This document shows, one piece after another, positions 1 through 11,591 of a DNA stretch of 64,000 nt; position 1 is the stretch's first letter; each line of letters starts with the position of its first letter. The DNA comes from Octopus sinensis (Eukaryota): NCBI RefSeq assembly GCF_006345805.1, contig NC_043003.1, positions 32,860,001 through 32,924,000 of the forward strand, written 5' to 3'. The notes beneath the pieces are model-generated. The model saw only the letters and a program-made list of their open reading frames with translations. It searched no databases and had not been told where the DNA came from. A program made the translations under genes and the position numbers.

Positions 1-26
1 TTTCTTTCCTCTCTCTTCCTTCTTTA

Positions 27-63
27 TGTTTCCGACGAAGAGCTCCGCTCGAAACGTCATACC
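27..63 (+). ncRNA. Degenerate minimal (PLE-type) hammerhead ribozyme-like motif in a Penelope-like terminal remnant
   Basis: GTTT-CCGACGA-A-GAGC(tcc)GCTC-GAA-ACGT-C-ATAC: core CCGACGA (U4C vs CUGANGA), perfect 4-bp helix II, palindromic ACGT helix III, imperfect helix I. Confidence 0.5.
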
Positions 64-153
64 TCCCTGCTTCCATTTCCTGAGCGCCTATTAATAATAA
101 TACTGTAATTGTTCCATTGTTGTTGTTTTTTTGTTTCCCGTTTGGATTAAAAT

Positions 154-194
<41 letters not shown>

Positions 195-686
195 TTGCAT
201 ATATTACACGAACAAGCACATTAACTGCTACACACAAGCGTTTGCACACATACGCACACACACGCGCACACACACATGCACACGCCTGATAGCCACACAG
301 AGACATACATAACTACACCGAACACACATGATTCTATACAACGCACGCATTGGTTTTACTTATGTATACACACACGCACAGACGCTCCCATACGCACACA
401 CAAGTTCACATAATTTTAAGCTCCCCCACACATACATTCACACGCGCTCGCTCCCATTCATACATACACACTCATATACACCGTTTTTAAATACACACAC
501 GTGTTTGCGCACCCTAGTTCAGCCAGGCCAACGTTATTGTCTCTCCTTCGCTCAGGCTTTTTTCTTCCAGTCATTTCATGTTAAACCGTTACATTTTTCT
601 CTCATTTTTTCTCTCTATTTTCTCATTCTCTCTACACATTTTTCTCTCTGTTTTCTCATTCTCTTTTTATTTTTTGCCTCTCATCC

Positions 687-724
687 CTTTCTGTCGAAGG
701 GTGTACACTTGAAGCGTCAAAGAC
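687..724 (+). ncRNA. Degenerate PLE-type hammerhead-like motif (related to the repeat at 1-130)
   Basis: CTTT-CTGTCGA-A-GGGTG(ta)CACTT-GAA-GCGT-C-AAAG: helix I CTTT/AAAG perfect; core altered (A6U, A15.1G). The downstream 'ttccattcttcccgagcgtc' resembles 'ttccatttcctgagcgcc' after the motif at 27-63. Confidence 0.4.
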
Positions 725-794
725 TTTTCCATTCTTCCCGAGCGTCAAACTAATATACCTATCGCTGTTCCCTCACCTTGGTGAGAAAGTGCTA

Positions 795-1050
795 TTCTTT
801 GTGAGGGCCAACATCGGGCCAGTAACAGCCCAAATCTTAAACTTTTTGATTACTTTTTATGGGGTAAACTTCAAGCAAAGACCAATGCTTCACCACATAC
901 GAATGTCCACATACGAATGTCAACAGTTTGAAGACCTGCATCGTGAGTGCGACACGCAAAATCAAAAAGGTTGCGGCAGCTGCAAAAAAAAAAAAACTTC
1001 GTTCTCGTGTGGAAGTAATAATTGCCCAAAATGGGCGATAAATATTTTTG
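795..1050 (+). pseudogene. Tc1/mariner-superfamily transposase C-terminal remnant
   Basis: Manual translation SNSPNLKLFDYFLWGKLQAKTNASPHTNV..SLKTCIVSA, then RVEVIIAQNG, matches the SPDLNPLD(Y/F)xxWG motif and the C-terminus; contains a 14-bp tandem duplication (cacatacgaatgtc). Confidence 0.6.
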
Positions 1051-1242
1051 TTGTAATAAATATTACGTCAAAATTATATTTGTCTACTACCATTATTATA
1101 GTATTTATAACCAGTTTTATTCATCGTAAAAATCTGCAAGAACCTATATATATATATTCTTTTATTTCTTCCTGTCATTGAACTCCTGCCATGCTGGAGT
1201 TCTGTATTGAAAAGTTTATACCGATCATTTCAACCCCACCAC

Positions 1243-1340
1243 TTTATCCAGTGAAAAGAAGAAAAGAAAATGGAGAGAAAGAAATTAACAATTACTTATT
1301 AATAAATTGGTCATCTTCATTTTTTACAGCCGTTTCAAAT
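1243..1340 (-). repeat. Solo copy of the arm of the 2291-2576 fold-back repeat
   Basis: Direct similarity to 2295-2395 (ccagtgaaaagaagaaaa..tggagag..caattacttatt..aaattggtcatcttc..ttacagccgtttcaa). Confidence 0.7.
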
Positions 1341-1409
1341 TTGCCAGTCAGGTTCGGGTGTAAATAAATTACCTAAGCGCACACATACATATATACATAC
1401 ATATATATA

Positions 1410-2284
1410 CGAGGTCTGATTAATAAGTATCCGGACTGTCACTATAGTAGCGAAGCTAATGCACGCAGAATGAAGCCACATGGCACCGATTGACCTTGAA
1501 CTTTGCTGTGCATGCGCACTAAGTTTGAACATTCTAGCTCACTTCCGATGTTTACAGTAGTGCTTGGAAGGAAAGCGTGCAGCAGGTGATCGTCGCATTG
1601 ACCATGAGAAAGAAAGTTGTCATGGAAGTAGCTGCTCAGAGGCTTACGCAAACTTGTAGAAAGTGTATGGAGAGGAATGTATGAGCTGCACGCAAGTGTA
1701 CGAGTGTTTCAGATGATCCCGAAAAATGCCGATATTAACGAACGTTCTGGGAGACCTGCAACCACCGGAACTGAGAAAAACATCACAGATTTGCGTGCAG
1801 CTCTGAGGAGAAATCGTAGAATCGCCATTCGTGAGTTACCAGGAGATGTGCACCTTTGTTACAGTTCAGTTCAGTCCATTATCACTTAAGATTTGGGTAC
1901 GAGGCGCGTGTCTGCCGAGTTTGGACCAAAACTGCTTTCAGCTAACCAAAAAGACACTCAGGTATCAGTTGCACAAGATCTCCTTGATTGTGCTGAGAAC
2001 GATGAAAACCTTTTTGAAAACTTTGCGTAAGCCTCTGAGCAGGTTTCGCCAAGCTTTTGGCAAAATTTGATGTGGATTCTCTGCTTAACGTTCTCTGTTA
2101 TAGTCATGCGTCGACCACACGCAACACACGTTCCTTCCAAGCAGTACTGCAAACAGCGGAAGTGAGCTATAACGTTAAAACTTAGTGCGCATGCACAGCT
2201 GAGATTAAGATCAATCGGCTTTACTCTGCGTGCTTTAGCTACGTTACTATGCCAACAGTTCGGATACTTATTGATCAGACCACA
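1410..2284. mobile_element. Non-autonomous mariner derivative built from two 5' ends (long TIRs, TA target site)
   Basis: TA|CGAGGTCTGATTAATAAGTATCCGG ... CGGATACTTATTGATCAGACCACA|TA. Plus strand carries transposase HTH remnants (SEAYA.L*KVYGEE..ERSGRP..RRV..F.PKLL). Minus strand carries the transposase start (MTITENVKQRIHIKFCQKLGETCSEAYA). No catalytic domain. Confidence 0.85.
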
Positions 2285-2290
2285 TATATG

Positions 2291-2576
2291 TAGTTTATAT
2301 ACAGTTAAAAGAAGAAAAAAAATGGTGATAAGGAAGTGAACAATTACTTATTATTAACAAATTGGTCATCTTCGCTTCTTACAGCCGTTCCAATTAATAC
2401 TCAATATTATGCTCATATTACACAAATACAGATTTAATGTACAGATTTGTAATTAGATTATTGAGTATGAATTGAAACGGCTTCAAGAAGCGAAGATGAC
2501 CAATTTTGCTAATAATAAATAATTGCTAACTTACTTATCTCCATTTCTTTTTCTTCTTTTAACTGGATATAAACTA
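2291..2576. repeat. Fold-back inverted repeat (arms 2291-2406 / 2459-2576), probably PLE-terminus derived
   Basis: The arms are reverse complements by eye. They carry decayed versions of GAAACGGCTGTAAG, which resembles the 3' half of a minimal hammerhead. Confidence 0.7.
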
Positions 2577-2732
2577 TATGCTTAAGATTTACCATTAAGT
2601 TTTGAAGAAATTTCACTCCCCAACAATACTAGGTATTGAACTAGTATTTCCTTGGATGGAACCATCCCTTGACGAGGTTAACATATACTCTAATTTACAT
2701 GTATATATATATATATATATATACATGATAGG

Positions 2733-2836
2733 GCACAGAAAGTGTGTCAATAGCCAGCTGGAGATGTTCTCCTGGGACTGCAAACTACAGTAGCATCCAC
2801 CCTTAGTAGTTAGCCATATTTAAATGGCAAATATAC

Positions 2837-2840
<4 letters not shown>
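2733..2840 (-). repeat. Unclassified interspersed repeat ('family D'), fragment
   Basis: Reverse complement matches 63850-63980 (gaagtatatttgccat.taaatatggctaac.actaagggtggatg.tactgtag..tgtagc.ccaggagaacatctc.cagctggctattgacacacttt). Confidence 0.75.
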
Positions 2841-2883
<43 letters not shown>

Positions 2884-2949
2884 ACACACACACACGCACT
2901 CACACACGAACACACACACACGCGCGCGCACACACACATACGAATAACC

Positions 2950-3125
2950 ATGGTTTCTTTGTTTACGTCTCCCGTAGCTGAACGGTTCAGCAAAAGAGAA
3001 AGAGTAAATATCAGGCTTCAAAATAATAAAAAAAAAAATGTACAGGGCTCGATTTGTTCGACTAAATATTTTCGCCGGTGCTCCAGCATGGTCGCAGTCT
3101 CAATGGCTGAATCAAATAAAAAAAA
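2950..3125 (+). mobile_element. SINE family A, 3' fragment
   Basis: gtttacgtc.cccgta..cggttc.gcaaaag..tcgatttgttcgactaa..ggtgctccagcatggtcgcagt matches the tail of full copies at 27047 and 33416. Confidence 0.65.
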
Positions 3126-3619
3126 GATTCTGTTAGTATTTTTCTCATGGGTAATATTTATTTTGATTTCTATTCATTTGAATTTAAAATTATATTTTGT
3201 AAATAATTGTCTTCCGTCACGGAATCCGACAGGTCTGTAACTGGTTCATTGCATTTTTGATAGCCTGGTGGCTATCAGAAACCTCCTTCATGCATGATGT
3301 TGCACTGCGTGTTCATGCGATTATTTCTCTGTATGAAATGTGATGGTCCAACCACCATCCCTGAAGTGACAATCCCGTCGCCATTTTGATATATTATATT
3401 CATAGCTTCGTTATCAAAATATACTTATTTACAGTCAATATAGGAGGTTTAAATTTGAAGGCAATTTGGCTACTATTCCCAGCTGGTCGAACAACTTCTT
3501 TGAGATACTTTCTTAGACTTGTGATGTTTGTTTTTGTTCGTAGATCTTTTGAGCTGGTATAGATCTTAGATGGAATTAGTTTAGTATTCCAACTATTATT
3601 CATATAAAAATTGTCCTCC

Positions 3620-3853
3620 TTCAACGCATTCTTGACAGCTCTAACTGGAGTTCTTAGAACTTATCGATTTTTTTCAACTTTCCTTTGAGCAATGGTGTGG
3701 TCTATGGGTGTAGCAATGTCGATTATAAAACATTCATTTGTGTATTTATCGACAACTACAATATCAGATCTTTTGTGTTTTACGACCTGGTCATTTTGGA
3801 TGTTAGACTCACATAATTTATTAGAATTCCTATTTTTTTGTACCAGCAACCTC
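3620..3853 (-). pseudogene. Restriction-like endonuclease (RLE) domain remnant of an R4/Dong-like non-LTR retrotransposon
   Basis: ESNIQNDQVVKHKRSDIVVVDKYTNECFIIDIATPID..EK.DK matches the DFxIQTDxxIxHRRPDIVVVDK..CxIIDIAxPxD RLE signature. Confidence 0.75.
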
Positions 3854-4199
3854 GTACATACATACATACATACATACATACATACATACATACACATGTG
3901 TATATATGTTACGTTTTAACCTTACAGAAGGAAAGCTTGAGTGTGGGTGCGTGTGCAATGTGTGTGCGTGTATTTGTGTTTATGTAGTTTATATATACAT
4001 GTATGTATATATCTGCATTTATATATATGTGCATATCTATATGATTGTGTGTGTGTGTGTATGCACAGATACGTACATGCACGCAAGAAACGGAGACACA
4101 CATAAATATAAAGGGATGTGTTTATGTATGCATACATACCTTTGTATTTCTATATTCATGTACATATATATTTGAGTACCAATATATATATACATACAT

Positions 4200-4259
<60 letters not shown>

Positions 4260-4689
4260 GTATATATATTGGTACTCAAATATATATATATATTTATATA
4301 TGTTTGAATATGTATATATTTGTACAGACATTATACATATATACGTGAATGTATATATAAATATCTAGACTCTCTTACACCTACGCGCGCGCGCACACTC
4401 ATATAGATATACATATATGTAAGCATATATAATATTTGTTGGTTTTTTCCATTGGAAATGGAAGGAGCCATAATTCAAATAAGGACTTCAGTACAGTAAT
4501 TAGTGGAAGTTATGCAAATGTATTCAATAAATGACTCTCAGGCAAATAATTATATTATATTCATGATGATTTCTTTAATTTCTAACGAAACTAGTCCTGT
4601 GTCACTTACACACATGTAATTTTCTTCAAGTTTTATCTAAGTTCTTCATAAGAGACTTCAAGCCGGTCACTAACAAAGCGACACATATA

Positions 4690-7084
4690 TTTTTAGTTTA
4701 GAAAATTCCTGATGTTTGTAAATATGTGGTTGATTTGCTGTGTTGGTTGAGATGCTGATGAAAAGGATGAGCGTAGTCGGACTACCGTAGATTCCATTAT
4801 AGCGTGTACCACTGGATGTACATCTATCCATTTCGAATAGGTATCAATGATCATTAAGAATATCATACCATTAAGAGGACCAAAATAATCAACGTGTAAT
4901 CTTTGCCACGATTTTTCGGGCCACTTCCAGGGATGTACAGATCTTGGCGTATTTTGTCGCTGATATTGTTGACAAACTTCACATCTTCTGCACATCTGTT
5001 CGATATCAGCATCCAGATTGGGCCACCAACAGGAACTTCGAGATATTGCCTTCTTCAGATTTATGCCTGGATGAGCGCCATGCAACTCATTAAGCAATTG
5101 TTTTCTTAATTTAAATGGTACAATTATATGAGGACCACAAACTATGCAACCCTCGTGCAAACTCAGTTCATCTTTACGCAGTAAAAACGGTTTTAATTCT
5201 AAAGTTGTTTTGGGCGGCCACCCTCTTAAAAGATATTGTTTGACACTGGACAGTATTTGATCTTTGTCTGTTAGTCGAAGTATATCCTGTCCTCGGATAG
5301 ATGTGCCACTAAAATATTGCATCATGTGTACCAGTTCCACTGGTTGTTCAATTTTGTGTAACGAAGAAGTCAAAGGTAAACGACTCTATACAGTAGGAGT
5401 AACATTCTTAGGCCCAGGAACGTAATGCATACTATAACTATAAGCACTTAATATCAAAGCCCATCTTTGCATTCTTAGTGAACACATTTGCTGAATATCT
5501 AGCTCTTATCCAAGTAGTGCAATCAAAGGTTTATTTATGATCAGTATAAATTTCAAAATGACGGCCCCAAACATATGGATTGAATAGCGTGACACTAAAT
5601 AAAACTGCAAGTGCTTTTTTGTACAACTGAGAATAGTTCTTTTCAGCTGGTAACAGAGTACGTGAGACAAAAGCTAAGGATGAACAGTACTGTCATTCAT
5701 TCGATGACAAAGAACTGCACCTAGCCCTGATGGAGACGCATTACATTGTAACATTAAACGTTTATGTGGGTTATAATGCACAAGTACAGATGAACTAGTA
5801 AGTAACTTCTTAGCTGTAGCAAACGGTTTCTGATGTTCGACATTCCACCCTCAAAGGAATCTTTATGCAATAAGGAATATAAAGGTGTCAGCACTGTTGA
5901 AATATCTGGTAATAAACGACGATAATGGGATAAGATCCCTACAAATGATCTTAACTCACTATTGTTTTTAGGTTCAAGTACATTTAAAATAGTCTGCACG
6001 TTAACACCCCTAATTTGCAAATAATCTTTATTAAGGCGGTGACCAAGATAACAAACAGAATAGCAAAATAAACTAACATTTGTTCTTCAGTTTTAATTCG
6101 CTTTTGTGAAGACGATCGAATATGATGGATAATGTATGAAGATGTTCATCATCGGAACGCCCGGTGATTAGTAAATCATCTAGGTATGCACAAGCCCATG
6201 ATACATCTTTAACAGTGTTGTCAATAATGCGTTGAGAAATTACTGGGGCTGAATTAATTCCAAATGGTAATCTAGTAAATTGAACAACCCGATATGGGTA
6301 GCAATAGTAGTGCAAGCACGAGAATTGTCATCAAGTTCAATCTGAGAATATGCATGACTGAGATCAATTTTGGTGAACTTTTGGCCTCCCGCCAGAGTTG
6401 CGTACAAATCTATTTTAGGTAACGGGTACTTATCTAAAACAGCTGACCGGTTGACTGTAATCTTTGCAAATACGCACTGAGCTGTCCATTCAGAGTATTG
6501 AGCTGCTTGTATAGAAAATTTAGTTAGCTGATGTGAAATGTCTTCGCTTTGACGAACTATAGCACAAGCTCTTTCCCAAGCAAGCTTTAATTCTTCTTCC
6601 GAAAGCAATTTAGAACGAGCAGTCTCATCACGTATACCAGAAAGCAAACATTTCAAAGCCATTTCGTTTTCAAACATTTTTGGAGGAATCAGATTGTATT
6701 CACACTCAGGTAAAGCTTGTATTCTGGCAATGAAATCATTGCAATCTTCTTCAGGCTTCCGATTTAATTTTGTAAAACAGTAACGTGCTGTGTATGCATT
6801 TTTAGCAGATCCCCAAAGTTCATTCAGTAAACCAAACACATTAGTTAATGTGGTAGATTACGTAATTCTCAAGTCGTTGAAGTGTCTTTGCCCTTCCTCC
6901 CCGAGAAATTGGCGCAATAACCTTATTTTGTGACATACTGATAAATTAATGGTTGGTTGTAGTATCGGAAGTAGTTCTAAATAATCCATAAACGAACGTT
7001 TCCAGCGATTCCATATTGCGGGGGATGGTTTGTCTGAAGTAGAACTCCTCAGTTGTGTGGATAAATGCAGCTTAGCACACATGT
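4690..7084 (-). mobile_element. Ty3/Gypsy LTR retrotransposon internal region (gag, RT, RNase H, integrase), pseudogenised and 3'-truncated
   Basis: gag (W..WKRSFMDYL; RYCFTKLNRKPEE), RT (DKYPLP, KIDLSHAYSQ, RLPFGI.SAP, AYLDDLLITG), RNase H (IYTDHKPL), integrase zinc finger and core (LHGAHPGIN..K..SRSSCWWPNLDADIE..C..C; WQRLHVDYFGP..IIDTYSKW); multiple frameshifts. Confidence 0.93.
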
Positions 7085-7099
7085 CTATCCTCGTCACCA
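7085..7099 (-). promoter_or_regulatory. Primer-binding site, tRNA-Ser(GCU)-type
   Basis: TGGTGACGAGGATAG immediately upstream of the gag ATG (7082); near-complementary to the ...ATCCTCGTCGCCA 3' end of animal tRNA-Ser(GCU). Confidence 0.7.
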
Positions 7100-7319
7100 G
7101 TTAATAAGTACCAGTCCTATTCCAGTATTATGTAATTAAGGCCCTAGCCTAATGAAAACAGAACACCGAATGCGCTGTAGATAAGACTTGCTTAAAAAAC
7201 CAGTTTTTGTTACAAAACAATTTACAGCAGGTTTTATAGATAGGAAAAGAACCAATCAGAATTAACCATCATACATACACATACACGCACACACGCGATA
7301 GACTGAATGACACATAACA
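7100..7319 (-). mobile_element. Putative 5' LTR of the Gypsy element
   Basis: Begins TGTTATGTG (7319) and abuts the PBS; contains an inverted CCAAT box (7251-7260) and CTATAAAA (7232-7239). No second LTR was found to confirm the boundaries. Confidence 0.55.
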
Positions 7320-7365
7320 CGTGGTCGTAAGTTCAAGTTGTAACTTATATAGACACTGCTAGACT

Positions 7366-7549
7366 GCTGGTGTCATTTTGCTTGTGTCCCCGTATCTTAG
7401 GGACTTGGCAAAAGATAACCCATAGAATAAATACCAAGCTTATAAATAAGTACTGAGGTCGATTTGTTCGTCTAACCCCTTTCAAAGCGGTTTCACAGCA
7501 TGATTACAATCCAATAACTGAAACAAGTTAAAAATAAAATATAAAAGAC
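7366..7549 (+). mobile_element. SINE family A-related 3' fragment
   Basis: gtccccgta.cttag..tggcaaaaga..aataagtactgaggtcgatttgttcg..actgaaacaag tail. Confidence 0.6.
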
Positions 7550-7951
7550 TTAGTGGCTGTGGGGTAAGATGCTTGCTTCCCAACCACATGGTTCCGGGTT
7601 CTGTCCCACTGCGTGGCAACTTGGGCAAGTGTATTCTGCCATATCCTCGGGTCGACTAAAGCCTTGTGAATGAATTTAGTAGACAGAAACTGAAAGAAGC
7701 CCGTCGTATATACACACACACACACACACATATATATATGTATATGTGTGTGTGTGTATTCGTGTCTGTGTTTGTCCCCCACATCATTTGAGAACCGATG
7801 TAGGTGTGTTTACGTCCCTGTAATTTTGCCCTTTGGCACAAGAGACCGATAAAATAAGTACTAGGCTTACAAAGAATAAGTCCTGGGGGTCAATTTGTTC
7901 GACTAAATGCGGTGCTCCAGTATGGCCGCAGTCAAATCACTGAAGTAAAAG
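7550..7951 (+). mobile_element. tRNA-derived SINE family A (CORE-like body, internal microsatellite)
   Basis: A-box-like GTGGCTGTGGGGTAAG, B-box-like GGTTCTGTCCC, body 'cttgggcaagtg', internal (CA/TA)n, conserved tail. Confidence 0.85.
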
Positions 7952-8384
7952 AATATTTGTACATATTCCCGCGTGTGTGTACGTAGTTCGAATGTATGTA
8001 TGTATGTATGTATGTATGTATGTATGTATGTATGTATGTATGTATGTACGTATAGATGTATGTAAGTATGTCTTTGGAACATTTTGCCATCTACCTTGTT
8101 CTGTTTCTCAATGACATCAAAATCAATATTGCTGTAGTAGTTTCAAGGTGGGAACGAATTTCCTCATTTGGGTATCTTTTGTAGAGTTCTTAAATGTTAA
8201 TAACTAATAAACAACGTACATCACATTTTCTGCCTTTTTCAGGACAAAGCTTACATTTTTACACAGTGTTTATAGTTTTGCATTTGTATGCTTGAGATTT
8301 CTGGTCCTAGATACTTATTCTGAGCGAAACTTGTGACGAGAGCCTACTAATTATTATAATTATGAAAACAACAACAACAACAAT

Positions 8385-8446
<62 letters not shown>

Positions 8447-9440
8447 AGTTTCGTAAGAGGCACGGTTTCCAACCCTCTCGTTTCTTCACTGCAAAATTCA
8501 CATCTCTCCAGATCTGTTCCATCTATAAATTCTTTCCTTTCTCTTCATATATTTTCTTTCTCTCTCTTTTTTTTACCCTTTAGGTTTCACCTCCCTTTCT
8601 TTTTTCCTTATGTTTCTCCCCTCTCTCTCTCTCTTTCTCTTTTTCTTCTGCCTTTATATTTCCTCCCCTTCTCTGTCCTTCAATTTATTTCGTCTCTCGT
8701 TCTGTCTTAACCTATTAATTTGTGAGTGTCCTGTTTGTCAGTGATTTTTTTCATCTTGGTTTTCTCTCCTCACGTTTATTTCAGCATACTCTCTCCTTTG
8801 ATTCCTCTTTCATTTACTCATACACTCATTCTTTTTCTTTATCTCTTATTTTCATTTCATTCATTCACATCGTCTTTCTCACCATTCACTATCTCTTATT
8901 TCATATTTGGTTTTATATTTCTCTTCTCGTTTCTTTTATTCGTACGTATGTTCCTACTACCTCTCAATCATCGCATATACTTTTATTCATTCATAATTTG
9001 AGATGCTGACCAAAAACTTATGCGGAACAAAAATCTGCCATGCACAGATTCTTTTATAGAAAGAAAGACGAGATCAAATAGCACAAATCAGGAACCCCCC
9101 CTCCCACCCCCCAAAAAAGAACTAAGAAGAAACAAAATGAAGCAAAAGAAAACAAACAACTTAACACCAATCACTTTTTGCTCTCCACACTAGAAAGTAA
9201 ATAAATATATAAATAAATAAATTGAGAAGTTCTGGTGACTGTCTTAAAACTACACACCATGACAAAGAAAGGCATTATGTACGATAAAATATTATATATG
9301 TCTGTCTGTCTGTCTGCATGTGTGTATGTGTGAATGTATGTATGTATGTATATATGAGTATGTGTGCTTATGTATGTATATATGTGTGTGTGTGTGTCTA
9401 CGCACATATATATGTACATATCCATATGTATGAATGAAAG

Positions 9441-9483
<43 letters not shown>

Positions 9484-9514
9484 ACGTATACGTATGCATA
9501 AATGAGAGTATGTA

Positions 9515-9551
<37 letters not shown>

Positions 9552-9826
9552 GCTGTTGTATTTAGGAATATTCATATATACATATATATATATATATATA
9601 TACATATATATGTGCATATGCGTATATATAATGAAAGTATGTATATATATATATATATAAATGTCTATATATATATATATATAATGTGTATATATGTATA
9701 TATATATAAATATATATATGTATGTGTCTGTATGTACACTCACACATATATTTCATGTTTACCGTTGGCAAATATCTATTGCCCAGCCTGTCACCCCTCT
9801 CTCTCTCCCCATACACATTGATATGG

Positions 9827-9900
<74 letters not shown>

Positions 9901-10256
9901 CACATACACATATGAGTTTGTTGCTGTGTATGTAAATGGAAGAAAATATAATCAGAATGGGAAATATAACAACATATGCACAACTATAATAATTTCCTTT
10001 AAAATAGAGGGAAAATATTGAAGTTAATACAGACGAGAAAGAGTAGATAGAATATAAAAGAAAGTTTAGGATAGAGAAAAAGGGTTGGGTGGGAGGAAGA
10101 CAAGTTAGACATGAAAATAATTTTCTTTTACATATAGAAAACCGTTAAGTAAGATTGGAATATAGAGAAACGAAAAAGATATGAATATAATTGAATAGAG
10201 AGAGATAGAGAGAGGAGAGTGAGTGAGAGAGAGAGAAATAGAGTAGCACTTATATG

Positions 10257-10304
<48 letters not shown>

Positions 10305-10580
10305 ATATATATATCGTCAAAACAAATAGAGAGAATAGGTAGATTGATCGTGATATAGATGAAATGGGTATACATACATACATACATACATACATACATA
10401 CATTTATACGGTCGTATTAATTTATAAGTGTTTTGAAATGCTATTTAGAAGTAACAAACTTTTCTTGAACAAAGAACTTAATACACGAAAATGAGTTAAA
10501 TATGACGTTACTGCTAAATTTCACTGAAACTGTCTCTCAGTTGGACTGGAAGAATGGAAATTGGTTGTATATTTAGAAAT

Positions 10581-10727
10581 AGGCGCAGACGTGGTAGTGT
10601 GGTAAGAAGCTTGCTTCCCAACCACATGCTTCCGGGTTCAGTCCCACTGCGTGGCACCTTGGGCAAGTGTCTTCTACTATAGCCTTGGGCCAACCAAAGC
10701 ATTGTGAATGAAATTGGTAGACGGAAA

Positions 10728-10779
<52 letters not shown>

Positions 10780-10801
10780 ACACATGTACATATATATATA
10801 C

Positions 10802-10846
<45 letters not shown>

Positions 10847-11125
10847 TATATATATATATAAAATACACACACACACATAAATACATGGGATAACTATGTG
10901 CGTGTGTGTTTGTCTTTGTGTCTGTGTCATCATCTCTTGACAATTAGTGTTGGTGTATTTACGCCCCAGTAATTTAGCGGTTCGGCAAAAGAGACCGATA
11001 GAATAACTACTAGGCTTGGAATTAAGTACTAGGGTCGATTTGTTCGACTAACATCCTTCAAGGCGGTGGCCCAGCATGGCCGCATCAAATGACTGAAACA
11101 AGTAAAGGAATAAATGAGTATAAGA
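10581..11125 (+). mobile_element. tRNA-derived SINE family A
   Basis: aggcgcagacgtggtagtgtggtaagaagcttgcttcccaaccac..ggttcagtcccactgcgtggcaccttgggcaagtgtcttctactatagcc; expanded internal (CT)/(TA)n; family tail. Confidence 0.88.
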
Positions 11126-11132
11126 GAAGCTT

Positions 11133-11452
11133 GAAGGCGCGTGGCTTAGTGGTTAGGGTATTCAGCTGACGGTCGTTAGGTCGTGAGTTCAGTTCCCGGC
11201 GGTGCATTGTGTTCTTGAGCAAGACACTTTGTTTCATGCTGTTCCAGTCCACTCAGCTGGCTAAAATGAATTGTACCCGTATAGCAAAGGATCAGCTTTG
11301 TCAGATTCTGTGCTACGCTGAATCACTTTGAGAAATTACGATAAGGACACGCATATCTCTGGAGGGCTCTGCCACTTGCACGTTAATTTCACGAGCAGGC
11401 TGTTCCGTTGACTGGATCAACTGGAACGCTCGTCATCGTAACCGACGGAGTA
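11133..11452 (+). mobile_element. tRNA-derived SINE family B
   Basis: Head gaaggcgcgtggcttagtggttaggg..gagttcagttccc; body gtgttcttgagcaagacactt; 3' tail shared with the element at 11592. Confidence 0.8.
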
Positions 11453-11591
11453 TCAGTTCAGTTATAAGAAATGTGGAAGGAAGTAAATAGAAATGGTCAG
11501 AGAAAGGTTATATACAATACATGAAGGAAACACAGTAAGACGAGAGCTTAAAACTGATAAAGTGTTCGTTCATTGGCTACATGATAGAGTG

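Noticed and set aside
4380-4690. 3' LTR of the Gypsy element
   Set aside because: No similarity to 7100-7319 was found.
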